Source: a virus. Taken from it: a stretch of 39,303 nt of DNA. Position numbers and translations under genes: made by a program. The stretch lies in the IMG/VR virus record IMGVR_UViG_3300020047_004329, positions 1-39,303 of that record, one strand, 5' to 3'. Positions 9,415 through 19,401 of the stretch are shown here, in pieces. The notes beneath the pieces were generated by a model, which saw only the letters and a list, made by a program, of their open reading frames with translations, did not search any database and was not told the DNA's origin. Numbering within the stretch: the first letter of the stretch is position 1; every line of letters begins with the position of its first letter.

Positions 9415-9465
9415 AATTTCCCCAACTAGTTATGGCTCATATTTTAACACATAGGGGTACTTAAA

Positions 9466-10365
9466 GTGGCATTAGAAAGCGCGACCTATATCAGCGATCT
9501 TGTCTCCACCAATCCCACTGGTAGCGACGGCAAGGCGGCAGGCGACGACCATATCCGCTTGGTGAAAAGCACGGTCAAGGCGACGTTTCCGAACGTGGCC
9601 GGGGCTGTGACTCCGACGCATACGGAACTGAATTTCGTTGACGGCGTGACCAGCGCGATACAGACACAGCTTGATGCGAAAGCGCCCATTGCCTCGCCTA
9701 CGTTCACCGGCAACCCTGCGGCCCCTACACCAAGCCCTGGCGACAATGACACATCTATTGCGACGACGGCATTTGTAGCCACCAGCTTTGCGCCACTTGC
9801 TTCACCCACATTTACCGGCGTTCCCGCTGCGCCTACCGCATCAGTTGGCACCAACACGACACAGCTTGCGACCACTGCATTTGTGATCGCTGAGTCGTTC
9901 GTTAGCGCCCTTCCATCGCAGACGGGCAACGCGGGGAAGTACGTAACCACAGACGGCACTACGGCAAGCTGGGGCAGTCTTTCCGCTTACGCCACCACGG
10001 CAGCGGTGGCGGCATCGTATGCGCCACTCGCAAGCCCGACGCTGACCGGCACGCCTGCGGCACCTACAGCAACAGCGGGGACAAACACCACTCAACTTGC
10101 GACGACTGCTTTTGTCACTGGTGCAGTGGGCGCGTATGCGGCTGGGGCGATTGGAACGTATGCGATGTGCCGTGATAGTGGTGGCGGAACCCTTGCTTTT
10201 GGCGACACGGTTGCCGGCAGCTCGCTGGAAAACGCAGGGATAAATTTTCCAGCGAGCGTTGCCGCATCAATTGCGGGTCTCTCTTCTTTGTCTGGCACTT
10301 GGCGATGCATGGGCTATATGGCAGGCAGCACAAATGACACGACGATTTTCGTGAGGATTTCCTGA
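9466..10365 (+). CDS. tail fiber protein
   Basis: 299 aa with a GTG start. It has the N-terminal ATYISDLVSTNPTGSD...GDDHIRLVKSTVKATFPNV motif. Three repeats of ASPTFTG.PAAPT...T.(I/L)ATTAFV form the phage tail fibre repeat. Confidence 0.85.
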   Translation: MALESATYISDLVSTNPTGSDGKAAGDDHIRLVKSTVKATFPNVAGAVTPTHTELNFVDGVTSAIQTQLDAKAPIASPTFTGNPAAPTPSPGDNDTSIATTAFVATSFAPLASPTFTGVPAAPTASVGTNTTQLATTAFVIAESFVSALPSQTGNAGKYVTTDGTTASWGSLSAYATTAAVAASYAPLASPTLTGTPAAPTATAGTNTTQLATTAFVTGAVGAYAAGAIGTYAMCRDSGGGTLAFGDTVAGSSLENAGINFPASVAASIAGLSSLSGTWRCMGYMAGSTNDTTIFVRIS

Positions 10366-10748
10366 TGAACATCCGCAACGCACGCCACGCAGCAGGCGGA
10401 AGGATCGACTGCGAATACGAGCACCCAAAATTCGGCTGGATTCCGTTCACGGCAAGCCCGGTCGATGTTGAGCCGCTCGGGCGCGAAATACACGCTGAAG
10501 CACTGAAAGGCGCAATCGAGCCAGAGCGCGAAAAGTCGCAGGCGCAGATTGACGCCGAGGCAGCGCAGGCCAAGGCCAATGCTGATGCCGTAGCAGCCAA
10601 GGCAGACGCCAAGCTAACCGCACTCGGGGCAATGTCGCCTGCACAGGTGCGGGCATGGGTTGCTGCAAACGTGACAAACCTTGCAGACGCAAAGGACGTT
10701 CTAGGAACGCTTGCGGTTGCCGTTTCCATTCTTTCGCGGCGGCTATGA
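10365..10748 (+). CDS. hypothetical protein (possible fiber-associated/assembly protein)
   Basis: 127 aa with ATGA coupling to the tail fiber gene. Ala-rich coiled-coil centre. Confidence 0.45.
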   Translation: MNIRNARHAAGGRIDCEYEHPKFGWIPFTASPVDVEPLGREIHAEALKGAIEPEREKSQAQIDAEAAQAKANADAVAAKADAKLTALGAMSPAQVRAWVAANVTNLADAKDVLGTLAVAVSILSRRL

Positions 10749-12274
10749 CCATTGCGACCGTCAGCAACTGCGGGCAAGGCCTTAACGCCGACCTGACGCC
10801 AGAGGAGCTAGGCGTCGGCGTGTGGAGCGACGTATCGAACGTGCGTTTCTCCAATGGCTACGCGGAGAGATTCAGGGGTATGATGCAGGTGTTCGCCACT
10901 CCCGCAGTTACGCCTTACTGGTGTGCGCCTTATGTCTACGTGACCACGAAATTCATCGTGCATGCGGGCCTAGCGGCTGTGTACGTTGACGACGGAACGA
11001 CTAGGACGGACATAACAGGCACTGCGCCTACGGGGGCTATCGACGACCGGTGGAGCGGTGGAACCTTGAACGGCATCTTCGTATGTAACAACGGTGTTGA
11101 CCTTCCAAAATACTGGGTCGGCACCATTGCTACCAACTTAGTCGAAATGTCGGGTGTTGGCTGGGATTCTGGGTGGCGTGCCGAAGCGTTGCGGCCATTC
11201 AAAAACTTCCTTGTCGCGCTCAACATCACCAAGAGCGGCACGAAATATCCGCACATGGTGAAGTGGTCGGCGGCGGCAAATCCCGGCGCGGTGCCTTCCG
11301 ATTGGGACGAGACAGACCCCACGATTGATGCTGGCGAGCAGGATTTGGCCGGGGCTGATCCTTTGGTAGACGCGCTGCAATTGGGCGATGCGCTGATTCT
11401 GTATAAGCAGCGCAGTTCGTGGGCCATGACCTTTATTGGTGCCCCGTATATCTTTCGCTTTCAACGCCTTCCCGGCGAGTTTGGAATGTTAGCCCGTGGG
11501 TGCGCGGTAGATACGCCTTTGGGACACGTTGTCCTGAGTGCTGGCGATGTCGTTCTGAACAACGGAAGCGGCCCGGTGTCTATCTGCAATGGCGCTGTGC
11601 GTAAGTACATCTTCAACAACATCAATAGCACGCACTACAAGCGCGCATTCGTCACCAGCAATCCAAGCCGCGACGAAGTGTGGGTGTGTTTCCCCTTCGG
11701 CAGTGCCGAAGCATGCGACCGTGCTGCCGTGTGGAACTGGACGGATAAAACGTGGTCGATTCGGACGCTGGTAAACGCTACCTTTGGGTGTGTTGGTCAG
11801 ACTACGATAACCGACTCATGGGACGCTGATACCGAGACATGGGACCAAGACACCACAAGCTGGAACGAGAACGAATATTCCCCGGCTGAGAGTCGCCTAT
11901 TCATGACTCATTCCACGCCATTGATAAGCATCGTGGATAGCGGCTCTACAGACTTCGGGACCGTGATCAGCGGCTATCTAGAACGCACAGGAATGCACCT
12001 GGGCGACCCGAACGCAGTGAAGACCATCACAGGTATCCGCCCGCGCATTGACGGCGCTACAGGGGCCACAGTGACGGTGGAGATAGGCGGCGCTATGTCT
12101 CCAGATGCAACGCCTACTTGGTCGACAGCGCAGACGTTCGCGATTGGTAGCAGCATCAAGATTGACAGCTTTGCAACAGGCCGATTCTTGTCGGTGCGGT
12201 TCACGAATGTGGACTACGCGCAGTGGCGCATGCGCAGCTTCGATATCGACTACGTTAACGCGGGACGGTACTAA
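10745..12274 (+). CDS. virion structural protein (tail/nozzle candidate)
   Basis: The start was moved to the ATG at 10745, which overlaps the upstream stop (ATGA). 509 aa with the N-terminal GLNADLTPEEL...W..VSNVRF motif seen in podovirus tail genes. Confidence 0.6.
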   Translation: MTIATVSNCGQGLNADLTPEELGVGVWSDVSNVRFSNGYAERFRGMMQVFATPAVTPYWCAPYVYVTTKFIVHAGLAAVYVDDGTTRTDITGTAPTGAIDDRWSGGTLNGIFVCNNGVDLPKYWVGTIATNLVEMSGVGWDSGWRAEALRPFKNFLVALNITKSGTKYPHMVKWSAAANPGAVPSDWDETDPTIDAGEQDLAGADPLVDALQLGDALILYKQRSSWAMTFIGAPYIFRFQRLPGEFGMLARGCAVDTPLGHVVLSAGDVVLNNGSGPVSICNGAVRKYIFNNINSTHYKRAFVTSNPSRDEVWVCFPFGSAEACDRAAVWNWTDKTWSIRTLVNATFGCVGQTTITDSWDADTETWDQDTTSWNENEYSPAESRLFMTHSTPLISIVDSGSTDFGTVISGYLERTGMHLGDPNAVKTITGIRPRIDGATGATVTVEIGGAMSPDATPTWSTAQTFAIGSSIKIDSFATGRFLSVRFTNVDYAQWRMRSFDIDYVNAGRY

Positions 12275-12507
12275 TGGCACGCTACACACCCGGCCCCGTA
12301 GACGACCAGATCGTCGGCCAAGAACTGCAAAAGATAGCGCAGGCAATCGACACGCCGGACCAGTTTTTGACGCTCGAAAAGCTGTATGCCCTGCCGAACA
12401 AATACAGGGATGGAACGATCATTTACGCAGACGGAACCACGCTCGACCCTGGCAGCGGCGAGGGCGCATATATCTATTACGCATTGGCCTGGCATCACTT
12501 GGGATAA
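12274..12507 (+). CDS. hypothetical virion-module protein
   Basis: 77-aa ORF tightly packed in the tail gene block. Confidence 0.5.
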   Translation: MARYTPGPVDDQIVGQELQKIAQAIDTPDQFLTLEKLYALPNKYRDGTIIYADGTTLDPGSGEGAYIYYALAWHHLG

Positions 12508-12510
12508 ATC

Positions 12511-13482
12511 ATGGCAATCACACCTTTGAATGAACAAGATCGCGCCTGGGTTGTCGAAGAGGCAAAGCGCAGGGCTGGGCCTAACGCCACCGATGCGCAA
12601 CAAAAGCGCGAGCTTTACAACTACGCGCAATGGCAGGGCAAGACGCCGGAAGAGTTGGACCAATGGATGGGCTACACCACCGGCACTAGTGCGGCGTGGA
12701 ACGCGGCTAACCCGCTAGGCGGGACGCCTGCGCAGAACAGTCCTGCGACCATTGGCGCAAACATGGTGGTTAGCGGACCCGGCAATCAGGCGGCATACAG
12801 CACGCCTATGCCACCGGCTGCGAACCTCGGCATTGGCGGCGATGTAATGCCTAGCCGCAGCGGCGACAACCGATGGAGTGGCGACCCGACGCGGCAACCT
12901 AACGGCAGCTTCAATCCGCAACCATCGGGCAACCTCGGTATGGGAGATATGGGCTATCAGCGCAATCCCTACCTTGATGCGACATCACGCGATATTGGCG
13001 CGCAGATGTTCGACCAGTGGAATCGCAACGTAGCCCCCGGCCTGCGCTCTGGTGCTATGGCTACGGGCGGATATGGCGGGTCTCGGCAGGGTGTTGTTGA
13101 AGCAAATGCTTTGAACGACCTGGGGCGGAACTACTCGCAGGCATTGACCGGCATGTACGGCACCGATTACACCAATTACCAAAACAGAGGCATCCAGCGG
13201 CAAGGGCAGGCGCAATCGTACGACCTAGGTCTCAGGAATTCGGACCTTGGCTTCGCCTCCCTAGACGCCAATATTGCGCAGAATAATTTCGGGAACCAGA
13301 TGACGGCTGCGAACTTCGGCCTTGGCGTGCAGGACTATCTCAACCGCAACAACCAGACCGGCATTGCAGCGGGAACGAACCTGCAAAACACGCAGCTTGA
13401 ATATCAGAAGTACCTGAACCAGGCGGGCAATCAAGCGGGCAGCGGCTGGAACACAAGCACCACAACCAAGACTGGAGGCTGA
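12511..13482 (+). CDS. internal virion / ejection protein candidate
   Basis: 323 aa, G/N/Q-rich low-complexity protein in the tail-distal block. Confidence 0.5.
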   Translation: MAITPLNEQDRAWVVEEAKRRAGPNATDAQQKRELYNYAQWQGKTPEELDQWMGYTTGTSAAWNAANPLGGTPAQNSPATIGANMVVSGPGNQAAYSTPMPPAANLGIGGDVMPSRSGDNRWSGDPTRQPNGSFNPQPSGNLGMGDMGYQRNPYLDATSRDIGAQMFDQWNRNVAPGLRSGAMATGGYGGSRQGVVEANALNDLGRNYSQALTGMYGTDYTNYQNRGIQRQGQAQSYDLGLRNSDLGFASLDANIAQNNFGNQMTAANFGLGVQDYLNRNNQTGIAAGTNLQNTQLEYQKYLNQAGNQAGSGWNTSTTTKTGG

Positions 13483-13483
13483 T

Positions 13484-14365
13484 ATGGCTTTTTGGGAATC
13501 ACTCATCGGACCGGCAATCGGCGGCTTGCTCGGTGGCGGCGACGACGAACAGACGCAGACCAGCACAAACCAGCCATGGGCAGCGGCGCAACCGTTCATG
13601 TTGAGAAATCTTCAGGATACGGAAAAGCTCGGGAACTACTACAAGCAAAACCCGTTCAACCAGCAGCAGATTCAGTCCTATTCGAACCTTTTCGGCGACA
13701 ACAACAACTTCCGTTCGAACATTGCCCCCGGCCTGATGAACTTCGCAAACCAAGGCATGACAGGCCAATACCAACGCGCAACCGGTGGCAGGCCTGGAAG
13801 TGGCGCAGGCTACGGCGGGCCACGGCAACCTGGCGGACGCTCTCAGGGCCTTCTAGGTGCGTCTACGGGGCAATCCGCAGGGCCTTTCAGCGTCAGCAAT
13901 GGCGGCGGGCAATCTGGCGGGTTGTTGGATTTGAACGGCGCACAAAACCCGTTCGCCAATGGCGGCATCACGCAAGCACCGCAGACCGTAACCGAGGAAA
14001 TGATTTCGGCACTCAAGGCGCAAGTTGACCCGACACCGGGCAACGACCAAGACCGTGGCGGCGGCTACCAAGGCAGCGGCAAGGACGTTTTCGGCAGCAT
14101 CCAAGACATGATCAATACGCCATTTGGCGCGATGACCGTGGCCATGGCGGCGTCACTAGGCTTGCTAGGCAACATGTATCAAGACCCGTCCAAAGTGCCC
14201 GTAGAGGATCGGCAAGGCGTGCCGGTGGGAGGCTACAACATCGGCGGCTACAACTACGGCCCGAACGCGATGGACTACGGCGGCGCTGGTGGCGGCGGCA
14301 TGCTGGGCGGCGACTTCGGGGCTGAAGGTGGCCCGGCTGGGCCTGGTGAAAACGGACGCTGGTAA
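13484..14365 (+). CDS. Gly-rich internal virion protein candidate
   Basis: 293 aa, very G/Q/N-rich. Contiguous with its neighbours. Confidence 0.5.
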   Translation: MAFWESLIGPAIGGLLGGGDDEQTQTSTNQPWAAAQPFMLRNLQDTEKLGNYYKQNPFNQQQIQSYSNLFGDNNNFRSNIAPGLMNFANQGMTGQYQRATGGRPGSGAGYGGPRQPGGRSQGLLGASTGQSAGPFSVSNGGGQSGGLLDLNGAQNPFANGGITQAPQTVTEEMISALKAQVDPTPGNDQDRGGGYQGSGKDVFGSIQDMINTPFGAMTVAMAASLGLLGNMYQDPSKVPVEDRQGVPVGGYNIGGYNYGPNAMDYGGAGGGGMLGGDFGAEGGPAGPGENGRW

Positions 14366-14374
14366 GGGGGCGAC

Positions 14375-15700
14375 ATGGGGCTACTCGACAACATAGACGG
14401 CGACACGATCCTATCTGGCCTGCTGTCGGCTGGTGCTGCAAGCGGCGCAAAGGGGCCATACCTTGCGCGTGTTGCGGCAGGACTTGCGCAGGGCGAACGG
14501 TTCAAGCAGGGGCGCGCAGAACAGGCGCGGCAGCGTTCGCAGGATGAAATGCAGGCGGAGTACAAGCAGCTCATGATGCAGAAGATGCGCATGGATGCGG
14601 AGCGTGAACAGCGCGGCATGCAAGAGCAAGACAGCATGCGCGGCCTTGCCAAGCAATTCATGATTCCCGGCGCGCCTGCGAGTGCTGGCATGCCTGCGAA
14701 CGAAATGGACAGCGGCATGGATATGGGCGCTGTTGCTGCAAAACCTGCCGGGTACGACTTCGCGGGATACGCTAACGCGCTGTCTGCCATCAATCCGCAG
14801 GCCGGGTTTGCCATGCAGCAGTCGTTGCAGAAAGACAAGCCAAAGCCTATCGCGGTCGCAGAGGGTGGGCGGCTGTACGACCCGGAAACGAAGACGGAGA
14901 TTTTCAGCAATCCGAAGGTGGAAAAGCCTGCGACTCTGCCATCTGCCATCCAAGAGTACCAATTCGCGCAGGGGCAGGGCTACAGGGGCACGTTTGAACA
15001 GTGGGACCGGGAGCGCAAGAAGGCGGGCGCAACGAACGTGAACAACAGTGTCAGCATCGCCGGGCCTGAAAACAAGATGAATCAGGTTATCGGCGAGGGG
15101 GCCGGCAAGGCTGCGCTCGATACAGTCAATCAGGCAAAAGGCGCACCGGAGACCATTCGCAATGCGCGCATGGTTCGACAGGCATTGGATAGCGGCGCGA
15201 TTACCGGCACAGGCGCAGAGGCGCGATTCGCTGTGCAAAAAGCATTGGAGACCGTTGGATTGGTTGGACCCGGTAAGGCTGCGGATACGCAGGCGCTTAT
15301 GGCTGGCCTTGGCAAGATCACGCTATCCAGCATCGCATCGTCTGGGCTGGGTTCTGGGCAAGGCTTCACGGACAAGGATCGCGCATTCTTGCAAGAGGCG
15401 TCTAGCGGCTCAATCGACAGCACGCCAGCAAACCTTCGCCGGGTTGCCGAACTGTCGGAACGTGTCGCAACGGCAAGCCACCAAAAAGGCAAGGCTGTTC
15501 TTAATCGGTGGTCAAACGATCCCGCATTGCGTGCAGTGGCGCAGGATATGCAGATTGACGACATCCCGAGCGCACCGAAAGTGGCACCAGTAGCCGCGCC
15601 ACCAGCGGCGATAAACATGCTCAAGATGAATCCAAAGCTGCGCGAACAGTTCGACGCCAAGTATGGCGCAGGCGCAGCGGCTCAAGTCCTGGGGAAGTAG
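14375..15700 (+). CDS. internal virion protein candidate
   Basis: 441 aa with a coiled-coil N-terminus. TAG-ATG abutment with the next gene. Confidence 0.5.
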   Translation: MGLLDNIDGDTILSGLLSAGAASGAKGPYLARVAAGLAQGERFKQGRAEQARQRSQDEMQAEYKQLMMQKMRMDAEREQRGMQEQDSMRGLAKQFMIPGAPASAGMPANEMDSGMDMGAVAAKPAGYDFAGYANALSAINPQAGFAMQQSLQKDKPKPIAVAEGGRLYDPETKTEIFSNPKVEKPATLPSAIQEYQFAQGQGYRGTFEQWDRERKKAGATNVNNSVSIAGPENKMNQVIGEGAGKAALDTVNQAKGAPETIRNARMVRQALDSGAITGTGAEARFAVQKALETVGLVGPGKAADTQALMAGLGKITLSSIASSGLGSGQGFTDKDRAFLQEASSGSIDSTPANLRRVAELSERVATASHQKGKAVLNRWSNDPALRAVAQDMQIDDIPSAPKVAPVAAPPAAINMLKMNPKLREQFDAKYGAGAAAQVLGK

Positions 15701-18157
15701 ATGGCTAACCCGTTCGACAAGTTCGATGAAGTCAACCCGTTCGACAAGTTCGACGCGGTTGAAGCAAAGCCAGCGAAAGAGAAGTTTGACGTTCGTACGC
15801 TGATGCCGCCGAAGTACGATGCAACCAACGCTAACGCGGGGGCCATTCGTGGTGCTGGGTCAATCGGTGCAACGCTGCTACGTCCGAAGGACTTGCTAGA
15901 GGCGTGGATTGCGAAACAGATGGGCGCGGACATGCCGGCACCTGACAGACGCGCAGGCATGGACGCGGCGCTAACCAGTCTAGGCGCGGACACAAAGTCA
16001 GTGCCATTTCAGGCGACAAAGCTGCTGACCGAAGTGGCCGGGACGGCTGGCGCTGGCGGTGTGGTGGCAAATGGATTGCGCGCTGTGCCAATTCTGGCAA
16101 AGGCTGCGCCCGTAATAGACGCTATTGGCTCCAGCGGCATGACTGCGGGCGGCTTGTCGGGGGCAAAGGCTATCGGCGCTCGGGCGCTTGGTGGTGCGGT
16201 GTCGGGCGGCGCACAGGCGGGCATGGTAAATCCTGATGATTTCGCTATGGGTGCTGGCATCGGCGCGGTTACTCCGGGGTTGTTGCAGCTTGCGGGCAAG
16301 TTCGGCAAGACTGTTTATCAAGCCGTGAAAGGCGGGAAAGCTGGCGCTGGCAAGATGCTGGCCGATGCTATGGGTGTCACTGAGGCGGAACTACCCGGCA
16401 TCATCAAGGCTCTAGAGTCTGCGCCGGATTCGATCGTTCCGGGCTCCAAGCTGACGGTAAACCAGGCATTGCAGTTACAGGGGGCAAACCGTCCGGGCGT
16501 CAAGATGCTGGACAGAATCGTTGCCGGTGGGCCTGGGGGCGATGCGCTGCTGGCGCAATACGCGAAGCAAGGACCGGCGCGGCTAGATGCTCTTGGGCGT
16601 CAGGGCGCGGTGTTGGATGATTTTGCTGTGCGCGACGAAGCCACGCGGGTCGGTGACAAACTTGGATCAATACTGCGCACGCAGGCACTGGACGACAAGG
16701 CGGCGGCGCGCAAGGCATGGGGCGCTGTTGATGCGCGGGCACTTGCGGATAACGTGAGTCTCCGTCTTCCCATTGATGAAATGCAATCGTCAATGAAAAC
16801 CCTTGGGCGCGGAACTGTTGGCGCTGGTACGGATGCAAAGTCTGTCTTAGACGAGGCTCGCAGAATTGGCACGGAAACGCTGGACGCCATTAAGCCGATC
16901 CCGAAGTCTGCCGGGAGCGCGCAAACACTGGAACAGGCGGTTAGGTCTGCTGGCGGCATCAAGTCCGGCAATGCGTTGTCTGGAGAGTTGGCGGACTTGC
17001 GCATGAAGGGCAGCGGGACAACTGGCTTGGTAATGAAAAACGGCAAGCCTGCTGACCTGTTGGCAGAAATGATGCACCAGCGCGGGTTTATTCCAGACAA
17101 CGACCCGGCGACATTGTTTGAAGCACTGCGCAATGGCGGCGGACGTAAGGTGTTTGCCAATGATGCACCAGAGGCTGCATATCAGCGGGCGCTTGAGTCA
17201 AGCATGGGCGATATGCCTACCGCTGAAGTCGTAGAGAAGGCCGTGCCGTTTGACGAGTTCCAGCGGCTGCGCAGGTCTGCCGGTTCGCTTGGCGCAAAGG
17301 TCGGCAGTCAAGTTGGCAACGAGACGGAAGCCGGTGTTTTGTCGCGGTTTCAGGCTGCGCTGACCCAGCGGGCAGACGACGCGGCCAATGGCCTACCGAT
17401 GGCTGGCGACAACATTTCACCTGAGTTTTTGCAGCAGTACAACGCGGCTCGGGGCATGACTAAGGCCAATGCGGAACGGTACAAGGGCGGCAACAACATC
17501 ACGTCGATTCTGCGCAAGTTGCCCGGGCGGGACTACACGCTAACGGGCGACGAGATTACCGGCAAGCTGTGGCATGGCGGTGGCGGTCTTGCTGGTGATG
17601 TGGCTAACCTGAAAAGCGTGCTGAATGACAACAATCGCGGCCCGTCCATGGAGGCGCTACAACGGTTCATTCTGACGGACGCGGCCAGCAGGACAAAGGC
17701 TAGTGGCGAACTAGGTGCCGGGTTGCCTCGCTACGTGGAGCAACGGATGCCGGGGCTACTGGAGGCGCTGAACGATGACCAGTTGCGCGCCCTGACTGGA
17801 GTTGCTGGCGACATCAAGAACGACGCTGCGGCGCGGGATGTCGCTGGATTGCTTGGTTCCGACACGCAGGCAAAAATCACGCGGGCTATGGATGGTGGTC
17901 TGCTGGATTCGACACTTGCAAAGACGCTTGGTAAGTACACCAGTCTGCACGGTGTAGGTGGCGAATCGGTACGTTCTGCGATGGCTGGTGCTTATGTGCA
18001 GCACAAGGGAAAGACTATTGCGGCGCTGTTGGCTGATCCTAAAGCGGCGGCGGCGGCGCTGCGCGATGCTGGTTTTGTCAAGCAGTTAGAGCCTGCGGTT
18101 ATCAGTCGTCTCCAGGCGGCGGCTTCGAAGAGTCTCCCTGTTCTGGCAGCAGATTGA
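15701..18157 (+). CDS. large internal virion / DNA-ejection protein candidate
   Basis: 818 aa and the largest virion gene. Tandem NPFDKFD at the N-terminus (20-nt repeat at 15707-15726 and 15734-15753). Confidence 0.55.
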   Translation: MANPFDKFDEVNPFDKFDAVEAKPAKEKFDVRTLMPPKYDATNANAGAIRGAGSIGATLLRPKDLLEAWIAKQMGADMPAPDRRAGMDAALTSLGADTKSVPFQATKLLTEVAGTAGAGGVVANGLRAVPILAKAAPVIDAIGSSGMTAGGLSGAKAIGARALGGAVSGGAQAGMVNPDDFAMGAGIGAVTPGLLQLAGKFGKTVYQAVKGGKAGAGKMLADAMGVTEAELPGIIKALESAPDSIVPGSKLTVNQALQLQGANRPGVKMLDRIVAGGPGGDALLAQYAKQGPARLDALGRQGAVLDDFAVRDEATRVGDKLGSILRTQALDDKAAARKAWGAVDARALADNVSLRLPIDEMQSSMKTLGRGTVGAGTDAKSVLDEARRIGTETLDAIKPIPKSAGSAQTLEQAVRSAGGIKSGNALSGELADLRMKGSGTTGLVMKNGKPADLLAEMMHQRGFIPDNDPATLFEALRNGGGRKVFANDAPEAAYQRALESSMGDMPTAEVVEKAVPFDEFQRLRRSAGSLGAKVGSQVGNETEAGVLSRFQAALTQRADDAANGLPMAGDNISPEFLQQYNAARGMTKANAERYKGGNNITSILRKLPGRDYTLTGDEITGKLWHGGGGLAGDVANLKSVLNDNNRGPSMEALQRFILTDAASRTKASGELGAGLPRYVEQRMPGLLEALNDDQLRALTGVAGDIKNDAAARDVAGLLGSDTQAKITRAMDGGLLDSTLAKTLGKYTSLHGVGGESVRSAMAGAYVQHKGKTIAALLADPKAAAAALRDAGFVKQLEPAVISRLQAAASKSLPVLAAD

Positions 18158-18227
18158 AGCAACCAAGCAGGAACGCGATAAGCGCAAGCCCGGCCAGCTT
18201 CCACAGCATGTAGTCCGTGATTTCCAT
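18102..18227 (-). CDS. small antisense lipoprotein candidate (41 aa)
   Basis: Not in the ORF track because it is under 60 aa. Product: MEITDYMLWKLAGLALIAFLLGCFNLLPEQGDSSKPPPGDD. Strong SD (GGAGGG 7 nt upstream), a hydrophobic signal and an LLGC lipobox. It overlaps the 3' end of the 818-aa gene. Confidence 0.3.
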   Translation of the reverse strand: MEITDYMLWKLAGLALIAFLLGCFNLLPEQGDSSKPPPGDD

Positions 18228-18253
18228 AACCAACCCTCCAAAAAGGCCATTCT

Positions 18254-18523
18254 ATGCCCGCACAGCAACCCAGCACAGGATGGCACCTCGACAAGAAGGT
18301 TCCCATATCCATCATCCTTGTAATCGTCATGCAGGGAGTCGCTGGCCTGTGGGTGATCGCTGACATCAAAAAAGACGTGGAAATCCTGAAAGCATCAATG
18401 GTGCAGCAGCGCGAGAGAGACGACCGGCAAGACAAAGCATCCATAGACGCGGCAAGCCTTATCCGCAGCGACCTGCGCGAGTTGGGGCAAAAAATGGACC
18501 GGCTGATAGAGCGAAACAAGTGA
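18254..18523 (+). CDS. i-spanin-like protein (N-terminal TM + coiled coil)
   Basis: 89 aa with one TM segment (ISIILVIVMQGVAGLWVIA) followed by a charged coiled coil. It lies upstream of the endolysin. Confidence 0.45.
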   Translation: MPAQQPSTGWHLDKKVPISIILVIVMQGVAGLWVIADIKKDVEILKASMVQQRERDDRQDKASIDAASLIRSDLRELGQKMDRLIERNK

Positions 18524-18696
18524 TTTCCTGGCTGATTGACCTGTGGCAAACATGGCGCAACCAGCCGTTCGAGTGGGACGCAGATTTCCCCGATTCTGAC
18601 GCCTGGACCGACAGAATACCAATCGACGCAGATTGTCCAGATACGCAACCCTCACAACCGGGAGCCTTAGATGATTTGTCCGATGTGCCACGGTAG
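18520..18696 (+). CDS. hypothetical acidic W-rich protein (58 aa)
   Basis: GTG start overlaps the upstream stop (GTGA). It fills an otherwise unexplained 147-nt gap. Below the ORF-track size cutoff. Confidence 0.25.
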   Translation: MISWLIDLWQTWRNQPFEWDADFPDSDAWTDRIPIDADCPDTQPSQPGALDDLSDVPR

Positions 18697-18922
18697 CCAC
18701 GCCATAGAAGCCTGTCCGCGCTGGCGTGTGCCGGTGATCCTGTTCGCATTTTTGCTAACCGGCTGCGCGACGATTCCCGGCCTGGAGATAACAGCAGAGG
18801 ATAGGGCTGCATGTGAGGCGCAGGGCTGCACGGCCTGGACGCGGGCGGAACTAGAGGCGCTGGTTAGGGCGGCGATGCTCAATGGGATAGAGGCTGCGCA
18901 ACGACAACGGGGCGGCATATGA
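18671..18922 (+). CDS. outer-membrane lipoprotein, o-spanin-like
   Basis: 83 aa with a signal peptide ending in the lipobox LLTGC. ATGA coupling to the endolysin gene. Confidence 0.5.
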   Translation: MICPMCHGSHAIEACPRWRVPVILFAFLLTGCATIPGLEITAEDRAACEAQGCTAWTRAELEALVRAAMLNGIEAAQRQRGGI

Positions 18923-19401
18923 ACTTCGACACCGCTTTTCAGCTAGTGCTAGGCCACGAAGGCCGATTCTCGGACCACAAGGACGACCCCGGCGGCAAAA
19001 CCATGTGGGGCATAACTGAGCGGGTAGCCCGTGCTGCTGGCTACGACGGAGAAATGGAAGACATGCCGGTGGAGTTTGCCAAAGGTGTGTACGCCAAGGA
19101 CTACTGGAACGCCTGCCGGTGCGAATCGTTCGCGCCTGAAGTTCGCTTTCACCTGTTTGACGCAAGCGTTAACTCTGGCGTGTTGCAGGCCACGAAATGG
19201 CTACAGCGGGCGCTGAACGTCGAAGACGACGGCATCATAGGCAAGATCACGCTTATGGCCGGGAAGAACCAACCAGGCGCGGTTACGGCCATGCGTATGA
19301 CCGGCTACCGGCTTCAGTTCATGTCGTCGCTGTCTACGTGGAGCGTGTTCGGCAGGGGCTGGGCTAACCGCATCGCTAAGAATTTGATTGGTGCACCATG
19401 A
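18919..19401 (+). CDS. endolysin, glycoside hydrolase family 108-type with PG_binding_3-like C-terminus
   Basis: 160 aa. The LVLGHEG...DDPGGKTMWGIT motif is characteristic of GH108 lysozymes. Confidence 0.8.
   Translation: MNFDTAFQLVLGHEGRFSDHKDDPGGKTMWGITERVARAAGYDGEMEDMPVEFAKGVYAKDYWNACRCESFAPEVRFHLFDASVNSGVLQATKWLQRALNVEDDGIIGKITLMAGKNQPGAVTAMRMTGYRLQFMSSLSTWSVFGRGWANRIAKNLIGAP

Noticed and set aside
9466-10365. Repeats in the tail fiber as a possible diversity-generating retroelement (VR/TR).
   Set aside because: No reverse transcriptase ORF exists anywhere. The repeats are in-frame protein repeats (tail fibre repeat motif), and differences are not confined to adenines.
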